This document shows, in pieces, positions 10,863-21,047 of a DNA stretch of 64,000 nt. The stretch is taken from positions 380 through 64,379 of the forward strand of contig PWHN01000057.1 in NCBI GenBank assembly GCA_003554945.1, read 5' to 3'. Both the position numbers and the translations under genes were made by a program. Each line of letters opens with the position of its first letter. Positions within the stretch are counted from its first letter, which is position 1. Source of the stretch: a bacterium (GTDB lineage Bacteria; T1Sed10-126). The notes under the pieces were generated by a model. The model worked only from the letters and a program-made list of their open reading frames with translations, was not told the origin of the DNA and ran no database searches.

Positions 10863-11937
10863 GAAAAGGCTCCTCCCTTGGATATGAACCAAGTATTTTG
10901 AAAAATGGTGTCTCTGATTTTAACGCGTCTAATAGTTTTTGAATTTTTTCGTCATCCTGGTGACCGATAAAATCGACAAAAAAGATGTAATCCCAGGTCT
11001 TACTTTTTGCCGGACGCGACTCTATTTTCGTCATGTTCACACTTAGCCTTCCAAACGGCTCAAGTGTATCGTAGAGTGCTCCCACTCGATCTTTAACTGA
11101 AAAAGCTATCGTTGTCTTATCCTCACCGGTTGGCTCCGGTATTTCACAACCGAGAACTAAAAAACGTGTATAGTTATCAAGACGGTCTTCAATTTTGTTG
11201 GCCAGAATCTTAAGTCCATAAATTTCTGCCGCCACCGGGCTGGCCACAGCCGCCGTATCAGTCTCCCCGGCGGCCAGTTCAGCTGCTCGGGCGGTACTAT
11301 TGACCTCACGTATTTTAACCTCAGACAAATTCTTTTCTATCCACTGTCGTGACTGAGCCAGGGCCTGGCGGTGTGAACAGAGTATTTTCACATCTTTTAG
11401 CTCTTCCATTTGTCCCAGAAGACACAGATCAACAGCCAGGTAGCTTTCACTACAGATAAACAGGTTGGACTCCAGAAAACGATCAAGCGTATGTCGGACT
11501 GCTCCCTCTTGACTGTTTTCAATCGGGACCACACCAAAATCAACTTCACCCCGACTGACCGCGGTAAAAACTTCGTCCACACTTTCTCTCGAATCATAAC
11601 TGCTGGCCGCACCAAATCGATCCAGAGCGGCGCAGTGAGTAAATGTTGCTTCCGGGCCAAGATAAGCTACCCGCAGAGGCTTTTCAAGATTCAAACAGGC
11701 CGCGGTAATTTCGTTGTATATCCGTCTGAGAGACGCTTCTGGAAAGTTACCGCAGTTGAGCTCCAATATCCGCTCAACCACTTCCTTCTCCCGTTCTGGG
11801 ACGTAGAGCCTGAGTCCCTGTTCTTTCTTTATTGCCCCCACCTCTTCGGCAACGCGGGCTCGTTTGTGAAGTAAATCCACCATTTGCCTGTCAATTTCGT
11901 CTATCTGACTACGATATTTGTCCAGCTCGTCACTCAT
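10852..11937 (-). CDS. pheA: Chorismate mutase/prephenate dehydratase (P-protein)
   Basis: CM domain then YLGPEATF, PIENS, NYTRF, KIESRP; start at ATG 11937. Confidence 0.95.
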   Translation of the reverse strand: MSDELDKYRSQIDEIDRQMVDLLHKRARVAEEVGAIKKEQGLRLYVPEREKEVVERILELNCGNFPEASLRRIYNEITAACLNLEKPLRVAYLGPEATFTHCAALDRFGAASSYDSRESVDEVFTAVSRGEVDFGVVPIENSQEGAVRHTLDRFLESNLFICSESYLAVDLCLLGQMEELKDVKILCSHRQALAQSRQWIEKNLSEVKIREVNSTARAAELAAGETDTAAVASPVAAEIYGLKILANKIEDRLDNYTRFLVLGCEIPEPTGEDKTTIAFSVKDRVGALYDTLEPFGRLSVNMTKIESRPAKSKTWDYIFFVDFIGHQDDEKIQKLLDALKSETPFFKILGSYPREEPFHDG

Positions 11938-12487
11938 TCTGTTCCTCCCTGCTGCGCAATGTTTCCACCTCATCCTCGTCCGGCAAATCATTAAGACTGC
12001 CGAGACCAAAATAATCTAAAAATTTCTTGGTGGTTGAATATTCCATTGGCCGGCCAATTTCATCACGGCGTCCCTTGATTTTAATAAATCCCTTTTCCAG
12101 AAGAGTATTAATAACTGACTGCGAATTCACTCCCCGCAAAGACTCAACCTCCGCCCGGGTTACCGGCTGGTAATAAGCAACTATGACCAGTGTCTCAATA
12201 GCGGAGTCTGAAAGACGGGCCCGGGTCTGCCGCCCAAAAAGTTTCTCTAAAAACGAGTAGTGCTCCTCTCTGGTGGTCATTTTAAAACCACCAGAAATCT
12301 CCAGCAACTGCATTCCTCGCTCCTGTTCTTTATACTCCTCTTTTAATTCAAGCATAATCTGACGGATTTTACCACCGTCAACCGGAAGAATATCACTCAA
12401 TTCTGCAGCCCTTATTGGTTCTTCTGAAACAAAAAGCGCCGCCTCAATAAGTGCTTTTAGATTTAACTCCTCTCCTTCTATTTCCAT
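11930..12487 (-). CDS. scpB: SMC-Scp complex subunit ScpB
   Basis: IEAALFVS, ETLVIVAYYQPVTRAEVESLRGV, FLDYFGL. Confidence 0.95.
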   Translation of the reverse strand: MEIEGEELNLKALIEAALFVSEEPIRAAELSDILPVDGGKIRQIMLELKEEYKEQERGMQLLEISGGFKMTTREEHYSFLEKLFGRQTRARLSDSAIETLVIVAYYQPVTRAEVESLRGVNSQSVINTLLEKGFIKIKGRRDEIGRPMEYSTTKKFLDYFGLGSLNDLPDEDEVETLRSREEQNE

Positions 12488-12511
12488 CGGTTACTACCTT
12501 TCGATATCAAT

Positions 12512-13234
12512 CTACCCAACATTTTGCTGACCCGGGGTTATTACAAATATTTCGTCTGTTGAAACCTGTTTTACAATCCTCAGCTCAGCCTGTTTTACAA
12601 GCTGTAAAAGCGCTACAAAGGTTACAACAATCTCTTCGCGAACCGGACGAGAACTGAGCAGCTCAGCAAAAGCGACCGGTTCACCGGGGTTGACAGAACT
12701 CTTTATCCGCTCCATCTGTTCCTCAGTATCGTAGTTGTCAGAAAATTTAAAGTGTGGTAGCTCTCGCTGATCACGTTGAGTAACAACTATATTTTGAAAA
12801 GCCTTGACTAACTCAAACAGGGTTACCTCTTTATAAACAGTTTCCCCTGACCTCACAAACTCGGGCAAATCAGGTCGAGTGTCATAAAGCCGGGCTCGTT
12901 CTTTCGCCTTCTCTTTAAGTGTCTCACCGACCTGGAGAAAAAATTGTCGTTTTTCATCGGGTAATTCTTCTTTTTCATCTTCCTCGGGTTCTTCTTCGCC
13001 TCCCGGCAAAAGCTCACGTGTTTTTATTCGCAGCAGTTCAGAAAATAGTAGAAGCAGTGAGGAGGCACCACCGACAGTCCAGTCGCTGCTGTTTCCCAGA
13101 TGATTAATAAAATCCTCAACCAAGTCAGCTAGTTTTATTTCGCTGATCGGCACGTCGTGACTGCGAGCTACCTCCAGCAGTCCCTCCAGCGGCCCCTGAT
13201 AATGCTCGTCGTATACCTCATAATCAAGCTCCAT
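12512..13234 (-). CDS. scpA: Segregation/condensation protein A
   Basis: YQGPLEGLL N-terminus, IVVTFVALLQLVK C-terminus, adjacent to scpB. Confidence 0.9.
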   Translation of the reverse strand: MELDYEVYDEHYQGPLEGLLEVARSHDVPISEIKLADLVEDFINHLGNSSDWTVGGASSLLLLFSELLRIKTRELLPGGEEEPEEDEKEELPDEKRQFFLQVGETLKEKAKERARLYDTRPDLPEFVRSGETVYKEVTLFELVKAFQNIVVTQRDQRELPHFKFSDNYDTEEQMERIKSSVNPGEPVAFAELLSSRPVREEIVVTFVALLQLVKQAELRIVKQVSTDEIFVITPGQQNVG

Positions 13235-15837
13235 TAGTTAAATTCATATTCCTTCTTAAAAAATTCTTTTAATTCCTCTTTGTCCTCAGTTCCGGTGTCC
13301 AGTTGATAAGCAAATATATTCTCAAGCATCTCTCCCATAATCGGTCCCGGCTCAACCCCCCACTCCTTCAAATCCTCGCCGTCCACTATACGTGATACCG
13401 GGGCTATTTCCTCACGATATGTTTTTATCTTTTTCTGGATATTTTCGCTTTCACTGGCCAGCAATGCCACAAAAACTTCCGCCTCTCGAATATAATTCAG
13501 CAAATTATACAACCTTGAGGGCTGGCTTGCAAACTCAACCTCTCCCCGGATCTCTTCAAATTGTTTGAATTTGTTGACTATCCGACAGCGGCGTTGATTA
13601 AACATTAACCGTTCTGCCAGCTGCTCAATTTTTTCGGAAGGGAAGGGACGCAGAAGCAAGCAGTAATAAACCATTTCGGGGCGTTTTAAATCCTCCTCAT
13701 CCAGCAGGGTATGGGCTTGCTTAAACCATAATTCCATCTCTTCTACCCACTTGAATTCAGGCATAAAATTAGAGAATACGTCACGCTCAAAAAGCCGCTT
13801 GACCACCTTTACCGGCGACGGTTCCCGAAAGACCCGGTCAATCTCATCGCGAAGCCGATCACCGCTCACCTCGGCAAAGGGATGGCCATTAAGGGCCTGC
13901 TGAAGCTGGAATCTAGTGTCTCTTGCCAGTTTGAAATCAAACCGGGCCGCAAACCGAAAGGCGCGAAATATTCTGATCGGATCGTCAAGAAAACTCATCG
14001 CATATATTATTTTTATCACGCCCTCTTCCAGATCCTGTCGTCCTCCGAAAATATCCAGCAGCTCGCCAAAATCTTCCGGAACTAGACTTACAGCCATGCT
14101 GTTAATAGTAAAATCGCGCCGCCTTAAGTCCTGTTGTACAGAAGCCTGGTCAATATTCACCCTGGGCAGCGCCGCCGGATGTGAGTAATACTCTGAACGC
14201 GCTGTGGCCAAATCTATATTATCACTACCTGGCATATAGACTCGCGCAGTCCTGAACTTTTCGTGAGTATTATATTCATAATCATAGCGCCGAGAAATTT
14301 CTTCGGCAAAATTCACTGCATCTTGCTCTACTACGAGATCTAATTCTCCCGGCTTAATCTCCAACAAAATGTCACGAACACTACCGCCAACAAGATAAAG
14401 TTTTTCCCCTATTCCCTCCGCCACTCTCCCCCATTCTTTAAGCAGCTTGAATTGCTCCGGCTCAAGCACTTCCTTCAATAATCTCTTCACGTTGTCGGGC
14501 TCCGGCTGTTGGGAATAGGGCGGCGACGATTCCTTAACCCGGGCGGGACTGTAACGCTCGTGTAAGATCCGAACCACGTCGGTTCTTGTAACTATACCTA
14601 CTAATAAGCCGTTTTCTGTTACCGGCAATCTACCAATCTGTTCTTCCGTCAATATGTTTTGAATCTGCTGCAGACCGGTATCAGGAGAAATTGTTACAAC
14701 CTCCGGTGTCATAAACCCTTTCACCGGGGCATGAGTTAAATCGTGCTCAACCGCCTTGTCAATATCGCTACGGGTAATAATACCGCAGAGTCTGTTCTCC
14801 TTATCTGTAATTGGCAAACCACCGTGGCCCAGCTCTAACATTATTTGATGGGCCTTTTCCACCTTCAAATCTTCTCTGATTGAGTGCGCCGGCGTCGTCA
14901 TCACCTCGGCGGCAGTTAACTCCGGTTTAAGTCGCTCTTCCAGAAACCGAATCAAAGCATCCCTGGCCTCCGAAAGTGTTAACCCGGCAAGTGTTGCTGA
15001 TGCCGCACGCTTGTGCCCACCACCGCCAAACTGCCGGGCGATCGCACCGCCATCGACGTTCTGATAGCGGTTTCTTACAACCATCTGAATCCGCTGATTC
15101 ATCCTTACCATCAGGATCAACAGATTGGCATTCTCCATATCCCGCAGCTTGTGTGCGATTAAAGCCACCTCGGGAATATAACGGTCTCGCTCTGCCGTCG
15201 AAATTACCACCGGCACGTTGTTTATGGTGATTTTTTCGCTCTTGGCCAGAACCTCGTTTAATAACTCTTTCTGTTCTGAACTGAGTGGACGATTACAAAA
15301 ATTTTGCACCAGATCAAGGTCAGCTCCGGCGCCAAGTAAAAACTCTCCGGCACTGTAATCAGAAGGAGTGGCAGTCCCAAACTGCAGGTTCCCGGTCTCC
15401 TGGTGCAGGCCAATCATGAAAAGCGTCGCCTCAAACGAGGTAACCCCCAGGTTTTTGTCTCGTAGTTTCTGCACCATTATGGAAATTAGCGACCCCGCCT
15501 CGCCCACAATCGTTTCCGCGGCGTCGATGTCCCCCTGTTCGGGCGGATGATGGTCGTATAAAATAATTTCGTCGGCTTTACCCAGAAATTCCGCGTAAGG
15601 ACCAAGACGCTCCCTTTTGTTGGTGTCTACCACAATCATCTTATCAATCTCTTGATCCCTGTATTCTGAATAGCGAAAGAAAGAGAAATGATCCCGGTAT
15701 AAGTTTAAAAATTCCAATACCCCCCCCTCCGCTGTCGGCTGTAAATATATCTTCGCCTCGGGATGCAGCTTCTTCGCCGCCACCATAGAACCAACACAAT
15801 CAAAATCTAAGTTCTGGTGCCCCACAATTATATCCAT
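13234..15837 (-). CDS. DHH-DHHA1-CBS-fused tRNA nucleotidyltransferase (A-adding type architecture)
   Basis: YDHH, GGGGH, two CBS domains, VGGSVRD, DLATARSEYY, DLRRRDFTIN, DDPIRIFR. Confidence 0.9.
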   Translation of the reverse strand: MDIIVGHQNLDFDCVGSMVAAKKLHPEAKIYLQPTAEGGVLEFLNLYRDHFSFFRYSEYRDQEIDKMIVVDTNKRERLGPYAEFLGKADEIILYDHHPPEQGDIDAAETIVGEAGSLISIMVQKLRDKNLGVTSFEATLFMIGLHQETGNLQFGTATPSDYSAGEFLLGAGADLDLVQNFCNRPLSSEQKELLNEVLAKSEKITINNVPVVISTAERDRYIPEVALIAHKLRDMENANLLILMVRMNQRIQMVVRNRYQNVDGGAIARQFGGGGHKRAASATLAGLTLSEARDALIRFLEERLKPELTAAEVMTTPAHSIREDLKVEKAHQIMLELGHGGLPITDKENRLCGIITRSDIDKAVEHDLTHAPVKGFMTPEVVTISPDTGLQQIQNILTEEQIGRLPVTENGLLVGIVTRTDVVRILHERYSPARVKESSPPYSQQPEPDNVKRLLKEVLEPEQFKLLKEWGRVAEGIGEKLYLVGGSVRDILLEIKPGELDLVVEQDAVNFAEEISRRYDYEYNTHEKFRTARVYMPGSDNIDLATARSEYYSHPAALPRVNIDQASVQQDLRRRDFTINSMAVSLVPEDFGELLDIFGGRQDLEEGVIKIIYAMSFLDDPIRIFRAFRFAARFDFKLARDTRFQLQQALNGHPFAEVSGDRLRDEIDRVFREPSPVKVVKRLFERDVFSNFMPEFKWVEEMELWFKQAHTLLDEEDLKRPEMVYYCLLLRPFPSEKIEQLAERLMFNQRRCRIVNKFKQFEEIRGEVEFASQPSRLYNLLNYIREAEVFVALLASESENIQKKIKTYREEIAPVSRIVDGEDLKEWGVEPGPIMGEMLENIFAYQLDTGTEDKEELKEFFKKEYEFN

Positions 15838-15902
15838 CTGTTTCTCCTTATCTGTCTTGTTCGAAATATTTTTTTCCTTGGCGCAGAAGAGAAAAAGAGC
15901 AA

Positions 15903-16826
15903 TTAATCGGTCCCGTCCTCCAGGTCTCCAAAATCTCCCTCAACAAGTGACATATACTTGCGTTTGACCGGTTTGCGCGTCTCCAGAGCCTCTCCCATTC
16001 CATCGGCGGCATGAATTAATGCCTGGAAAAATAATTTTAATCCGTTTCGCTTTGCGAAAGACTTAAAAAATTGTTTGCCCCAGAATAGAAAAGTCTTTCC
16101 AAACGCCAGGGGAACGCTAAAGTTGCGCCAGAAATACCAGGTTGAATTCCTGGTAACGTAATAAAAAAGTCGACTCGTCTCGCGGTTGCGGTTGGCTCGC
16201 CTGTGTAAAATGGTAATTAACGGAAAATATCTTACCTCGGCTCCGGAATTCAGTATTCTTGTCGCAAAATCCCTCTCTTCAACATAAATGAAGTAGCGGT
16301 CCCAGAATCCACCCGTCCGTTCAAACATTTCAGGACGGATAGCCGCCGCACAGGTACGAAATGTTGGACTTAAATAACCTTCCTTCTCACTGCCTACTTT
16401 CTTCCACCGAAACCACTTATCCTCCTCACCTTCACCGTCAATAACTCTAAAACCCGCTGCCCCTAAATCAGAGTTGCGGCGAAATTTTTCAACAATTCTC
16501 GTAATCGTATTCTCCTGGAGCAATTTACTGTCGTCGTCAAGGGAAATTATCAACTCTCCAGTCGCCTCATCCGCTCCAATATTTCTCCCACCCACCCCGC
16601 GATTTTCTTCCAGTTTAATTAACTTTACATCGGGATACTTCTCTTTGAGCGTCAGCGCAGTATCGTCCTCGCTGGCATTATCCACCACAATAATTTCAAT
16701 ACCTGGGAAATCCTGATTCTTAACCGAATTTATAGACTCCATCAACTGATCGCAGCGGTTTCGTGTTAATATGATAACCGAGACCAACTGAATTTCGTCC
16801 TCGCCAGCCAGGGTGGGCATAGACAA
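15903..16826 (-). CDS. Glycosyltransferase family 2
   Basis: VVDNASED, ISLDDD, YVEERD motifs. Confidence 0.9.
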   Translation of the reverse strand: MSMPTLAGEDEIQLVSVIILTRNRCDQLMESINSVKNQDFPGIEIIVVDNASEDDTALTLKEKYPDVKLIKLEENRGVGGRNIGADEATGELIISLDDDSKLLQENTITRIVEKFRRNSDLGAAGFRVIDGEGEEDKWFRWKKVGSEKEGYLSPTFRTCAAAIRPEMFERTGGFWDRYFIYVEERDFATRILNSGAEVRYFPLITILHRRANRNRETSRLFYYVTRNSTWYFWRNFSVPLAFGKTFLFWGKQFFKSFAKRNGLKLFFQALIHAADGMGEALETRKPVKRKYMSLVEGDFGDLEDGTD

Positions 16827-16929
16827 TCACTCTCCTCTAATGTCACAACTTCTTAATAACCTGTTTACTAAAGTTTTAAATCCGTATAATCTTATCAGCT
16901 TTTCCAGCGAAGGTAAAAGGAAGCGGAAC

Positions 16930-16958
16930 TTTACCGTCTCCTGAGAATTGTTTATAAT
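16930..16958 (+). promoter_or_regulatory. Putative sigma70 promoter of the catabolic cluster
   Basis: TTTACC-17 bp-TATAAT about 70 bp upstream of the ATG at 17031. Confidence 0.45.
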
Positions 16959-17030
16959 CCTATCCTAAAATCTATCTGTTCAACAGGTAAAACAAAACAA
17001 ACATACTCTAATGATTGCGAGGTAACTATA

Positions 17031-17879
17031 ATGCAAGAATTTGTCGCTGCCGCCGCTCAGATAGCAATTGAAGAGCCGGATAATTTTTCAGAAAATACCC
17101 GCAAGGTGGCCCGCTACCAGCGGCGCACCACCGACCGCTTTAACGCTCAACTTGTTGTCTACCCCGAATCAATAACAACCGGATTTACTCCCGGAGTAAA
17201 ACCACCCGAACTTCACGACGTCCTCCCCCCGTCCATGGAAGAGGGTCTGGGGCCAGTCCTTGAAGCGACTCGAGAAACTAATAGCTACGCCGTTGTCTCC
17301 TCTTATGAGCCCGGCGAAGATAAAAACACTGTCTACAACAGCGCCTTCCTCTGCGGTCCCGACGGCAAAATTGAAGGTCGGTACCGCAAAACTCACCTGT
17401 TTCCTACCGAACGGGTTGAAAACAGTGGCTGGTCAACACCGGGCAAGGAAATTCCCGTTTTTGAGACTCGGCTTGGCAAAATTGGCATCATAATTTGTTA
17501 CGACGGCGACTTCCCGGAACTCTCACGAATCCTCGCTTTGAAAGGCGCCGAAATAATTGTCCGGCCCGCCGCACTGCTGCGTAGTTTTGAAATCTGGGAC
17601 ATGAGCAATCGTATGCGGGCCTACGAAAATGACGTCTACTTCATCGGCGTAAACGCGATCGGCGAAGATGGTGCCGGAACTAAATTTTTCGGCCACAGCA
17701 TGATTGTGTCTCCGGCTGGACGACGTCTCCATCTGGCCAGAGCCGGTGAAGAAATTATTGCCGCAACAGTTAAACCACTAACAAAACACGAGGGAATTGA
17801 ATCCAATTATCCCGTCCTGTTTGATCATCTCCAGGACCGTAATGTAGAAAGCTACCAGGATTACTTAACTGACCTGTGA
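17031..17879 (+). CDS. Carbon-nitrogen hydrolase (nitrilase superfamily amidase)
   Basis: Glu-Lys-Cys triad: YPES, YRKTHLF, ICYDGDFPE; GAGG RBS. Confidence 0.92.
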   Translation: MQEFVAAAAQIAIEEPDNFSENTRKVARYQRRTTDRFNAQLVVYPESITTGFTPGVKPPELHDVLPPSMEEGLGPVLEATRETNSYAVVSSYEPGEDKNTVYNSAFLCGPDGKIEGRYRKTHLFPTERVENSGWSTPGKEIPVFETRLGKIGIIICYDGDFPELSRILALKGAEIIVRPAALLRSFEIWDMSNRMRAYENDVYFIGVNAIGEDGAGTKFFGHSMIVSPAGRRLHLARAGEEIIAATVKPLTKHEGIESNYPVLFDHLQDRNVESYQDYLTDL

Positions 17880-17900
17880 AACCCAAACGGAGGGAATAAC

Positions 17901-19532
17901 ATGAGCTCTCACGATAAGCTGCTTGCCGATTACAGATTACGACGTGAAGCTGTTGCCCGTCAGCTCGACACTGAACTTTTCGTCAAACCAGAGCAAACAG
18001 TTGAACTGCTGGAAACTGCTATCAAACCGGGCGACGTCGTCTGTCTTGAAGGCAACAACCAGAAACAGGCGGATTTTTTAGCTGAAGCACTGAGTAAAGT
18101 TAACCCGAAAGAAGTAAACAACCTCCACATGGTTCAATCCTCGCTGGTCCTCGACGAACATGTTGAAGTTTTTGAAAAAGGTATCGCCAACCGGCTGGAT
18201 TTTGCCTTCTCTGGACCCCAGGCGAAAAAGCTCTTCAAAGCAGTAAATAGCCAGCAGGTCAATGTGGGCGCCATTCACACCTACCTTGAGCTTTATGGCC
18301 GTTATTTTGTCGACCTCACGCCGCGGGTGGCCATGGTTGTCGCCGACGCCTGTGATCCATCAGGAAACCTTTACACCGGCGCTAATACCGAAGATACACC
18401 GCTGATAACTGAAGCCACTAATTTTAAAAATGGACTTGTTATCGCCCAGGTGAGCGAGAAAAAAGATTCTCTTTCTCGGGTTGATATACCGGCCGACTGG
18501 GTGGATTACATAGTTGTCACTGAAGAACCCTACCATCACGAAGCGCTCTTCACCCGCGACCCCGCTCAGATTACCGACCTCCAGGTATTAACCGGAATGA
18601 TGATAATCAAGGGGATTTATGAAGAATACAAAGTAAGCAAGTTAAACCATGGTCTGGGATTTGCCACTGCCGCTGTTGAATTACTTCTGCCCACTTACGG
18701 GCGTGAAATTGGACTTAGCGGCGAAGTCTGCTCGCACTGGGTTCTAAATCCCCACCCAACACTTATCCCGGCGATTGAGGAAGGGATCGCTCAAAAAGTT
18801 TATCCGTTTGGCGGCGAAATCGGGACTAACGAATACGTCCAGGCCCGACCCGACGTTTTCCCCACCGATAGTAACGGACTCATGCGTTCCGGCCGCTGCA
18901 ACGCCCACGTTGCCGGCCTGTATGGTATTGACTGCTTTACCGGCGCCACCCTGCAAATCGACAAATATGGTAACAGTTCCACCGCCATCGACGGCATGAT
19001 CGCCGGCTTTGGAGGCGCCCCCAACCTTGGCTCAACTCCTCCCGGACGCCGGCATCAGACGGAAGCTTTCGCCAAAGCCGGCGCTGTTCATTACGACAAC
19101 CACTACGGCAGGAAACTTGTCGTCCAGGTCACTCCTACCGTCAGCGAAAAGAAAAGCATACCCGTTTTCCGGGAAAAGTTAGACGCCTATGACCTCTATG
19201 AAGCCGGTCACTTCGAAGCTCCGCCTGTCATGATTGACGCTCAACAGATGACTCACATCGTCACTGAAAAAGGTATCGCCTACCTCGACCGCTGTAACTC
19301 CATGGAAGAACAGATGGCCGCTGTTCGCGCCGTCGCCGGCGACACCGAGGTGGGCGAACGTGAACGCACTGCTGAAACTGACCGGCTGCGCACAAAGGGA
19401 AAGGTTAAAACACCTGACGACCTGGGTATAAATGTGGCTGATGCTACAACCGACAAACTTGCCGCACACAGTATTGAAGATCTGGTTGAAATTTCCAACG
19501 GCCTTTACAATCCACCGCAGTATTTACTCTGA
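17901..19532 (+). CDS. mdcA: Malonate decarboxylase alpha subunit-like acyl transferase (MdcA/MadA family)
   Basis: LEGNNQKQADFL, AIHTYLELYGRYFVDLTPRV, GNLYTGANTEDTP, GFGGAPNLG motifs; 543 aa. Confidence 0.9.
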   Translation: MSSHDKLLADYRLRREAVARQLDTELFVKPEQTVELLETAIKPGDVVCLEGNNQKQADFLAEALSKVNPKEVNNLHMVQSSLVLDEHVEVFEKGIANRLDFAFSGPQAKKLFKAVNSQQVNVGAIHTYLELYGRYFVDLTPRVAMVVADACDPSGNLYTGANTEDTPLITEATNFKNGLVIAQVSEKKDSLSRVDIPADWVDYIVVTEEPYHHEALFTRDPAQITDLQVLTGMMIIKGIYEEYKVSKLNHGLGFATAAVELLLPTYGREIGLSGEVCSHWVLNPHPTLIPAIEEGIAQKVYPFGGEIGTNEYVQARPDVFPTDSNGLMRSGRCNAHVAGLYGIDCFTGATLQIDKYGNSSTAIDGMIAGFGGAPNLGSTPPGRRHQTEAFAKAGAVHYDNHYGRKLVVQVTPTVSEKKSIPVFREKLDAYDLYEAGHFEAPPVMIDAQQMTHIVTEKGIAYLDRCNSMEEQMAAVRAVAGDTEVGERERTAETDRLRTKGKVKTPDDLGINVADATTDKLAAHSIEDLVEISNGLYNPPQYLL

Positions 19533-19711
19533 CACTCAGAACCTATCGAAACATCTCCGTCCTTCACCCCTCTTTGTCTTTCACCCATTAAGGGAGAAAG
19601 ATGCGTTGGAAGGTTCTGCTGATACTCAAAAACCCTTGAAGCAGCAGCACAATCAAGATATATTTATTGTCAACAAACACCTATCAAGTCTTCTGGAAAG
19701 GTGATAATCCC

Positions 19712-20527
19712 ATGCGCACCCCTTTTAACTATTTTGCTCCCGAGACCTTATCCGATGCCCATGAGCTGCTTGAAAAACATGGAGAACGGGCCGAAATTCT
19801 GGCCGGGGGGACCGATTTACTGGTTGATATCCGCAATGACATGAAACAACCCGACGCTGTTATTGATATAAAAAACATTGAAGAACTCAACGGTGTGGAG
19901 TTTGATTCCGACGACGGACTAATAATAAATGCCGCCGCCACCTGCACCGAAGTTTCCAGCCACACTGTCGTCCGAGACCGGTATCCTTTCATAGTTGAGG
20001 CTACCTCGGAACTGGCCTCGCACCAGGTCCGCAACCGGGCGACCGTTGTTGGCAATATATGCAACGCCTCACCCTGCGCTGACGCCGCACGGCCTTTACT
20101 CTGTCTCGACGCCTCAGTTGAAATCAGTTCGCTACAAAACAAGCGAACGCTACCACTTGAGGAGTTCATCACCGGCGTAAAACAAAACGACCTCGCCCCT
20201 GGCGAGCTGGTCGAACGGGTGCGCGTCCCCGTTGAAATGGCTGACGCCCGCGGCGCCAACCGTAAACTTAAACGTATCAAGGGACATGACCTTTCTCTGG
20301 CCAGCGTTACAATGGTTAAAACAGATGCGGAAACACGAGTCTCAATTGGCGCCTGCGGTCCTACCCCGGTAGTGCTGACCGGTTTTGACGCCAGCACTGA
20401 CGTTGACGAGCTTTGCAGTGCAGCCGAAGAGGCTATTTCACCAATCGACGACGTTCGCTCTACCGCCGAATACCGAAACTTCATGATTAAACAGTATATC
20501 CGAGAACTCGACGAAGAGTTGAGCTAA
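19712..20527 (+). CDS. Molybdenum hydroxylase FAD-binding (medium) subunit
   Basis: LAGGTDL, QVRNRATVVGNICNASP, PIDDVRSTAEYR; start ATG 19712 after AAGGTGA. Confidence 0.92.
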   Translation: MRTPFNYFAPETLSDAHELLEKHGERAEILAGGTDLLVDIRNDMKQPDAVIDIKNIEELNGVEFDSDDGLIINAAATCTEVSSHTVVRDRYPFIVEATSELASHQVRNRATVVGNICNASPCADAARPLLCLDASVEISSLQNKRTLPLEEFITGVKQNDLAPGELVERVRVPVEMADARGANRKLKRIKGHDLSLASVTMVKTDAETRVSIGACGPTPVVLTGFDASTDVDELCSAAEEAISPIDDVRSTAEYRNFMIKQYIRELDEELS

Positions 20528-20561
20528 CTCGTAATTTTACAATTCTCCACGGGAGGTTATT

Positions 20562-21047
20562 ATGCAAATAAATTTAACCATCAACGGTAATGAATATAGC
20601 CGTGAGGTCGATGAACACAGAAATCTGCTTCACTTTCTCCGCGAAGACCTCGGGCTGACCGGCACAAAAGAAGGGTGTGGCGCCGGAGAATGTGGCGCCT
20701 GCACAGTAATTATGGACGGCGAGCCGGTAAATTCCTGTCTTGTCCTGGCCGCCGAAGCCGACGGCTCTGAAATTGAAACTATCGAAGGCGAAGCAAGTGA
20801 AGGTGAGTTATCTGACTTACAGCAGGCCCTGCACGAACATCACGCCGTGCAGTGCGGCTTCTGCACTCCCGGAATGATTATGTCTCTCAAAGACCTGCTC
20901 CGCCGTAACTCAACCCCCGGTGAAAATGAAATTAGACAGGCGATTGAAGGTAACCTCTGCCGCTGCACCGGTTACGAACAAATAATCGAAGCAGTCCTCG
21001 ATTTAACAGGCCAACTCGATGAAAGAGAGGAGTTAAAGTATGCGTGA
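20562..21047 (+). CDS. Molybdenum hydroxylase [2Fe-2S] (small) subunit
   Basis: GCGAGECGACTV, QCGFCTPG, NLCRCTGY. Confidence 0.95.
   Translation: MQINLTINGNEYSREVDEHRNLLHFLREDLGLTGTKEGCGAGECGACTVIMDGEPVNSCLVLAAEADGSEIETIEGEASEGELSDLQQALHEHHAVQCGFCTPGMIMSLKDLLRRNSTPGENEIRQAIEGNLCRCTGYEQIIEAVLDLTGQLDEREELKYA

Noticed and set aside
17901-19532. Complete malonate decarboxylase operon
   Set aside because: Only the alpha-subunit homologue is present
19729-20484. 251-aa antisense ORF (also 21115-21708, 34363-34965, 60697-61311, 61596-62204)
   Set aside because: Shadows of well-supported genes on the opposite strand; no motifs
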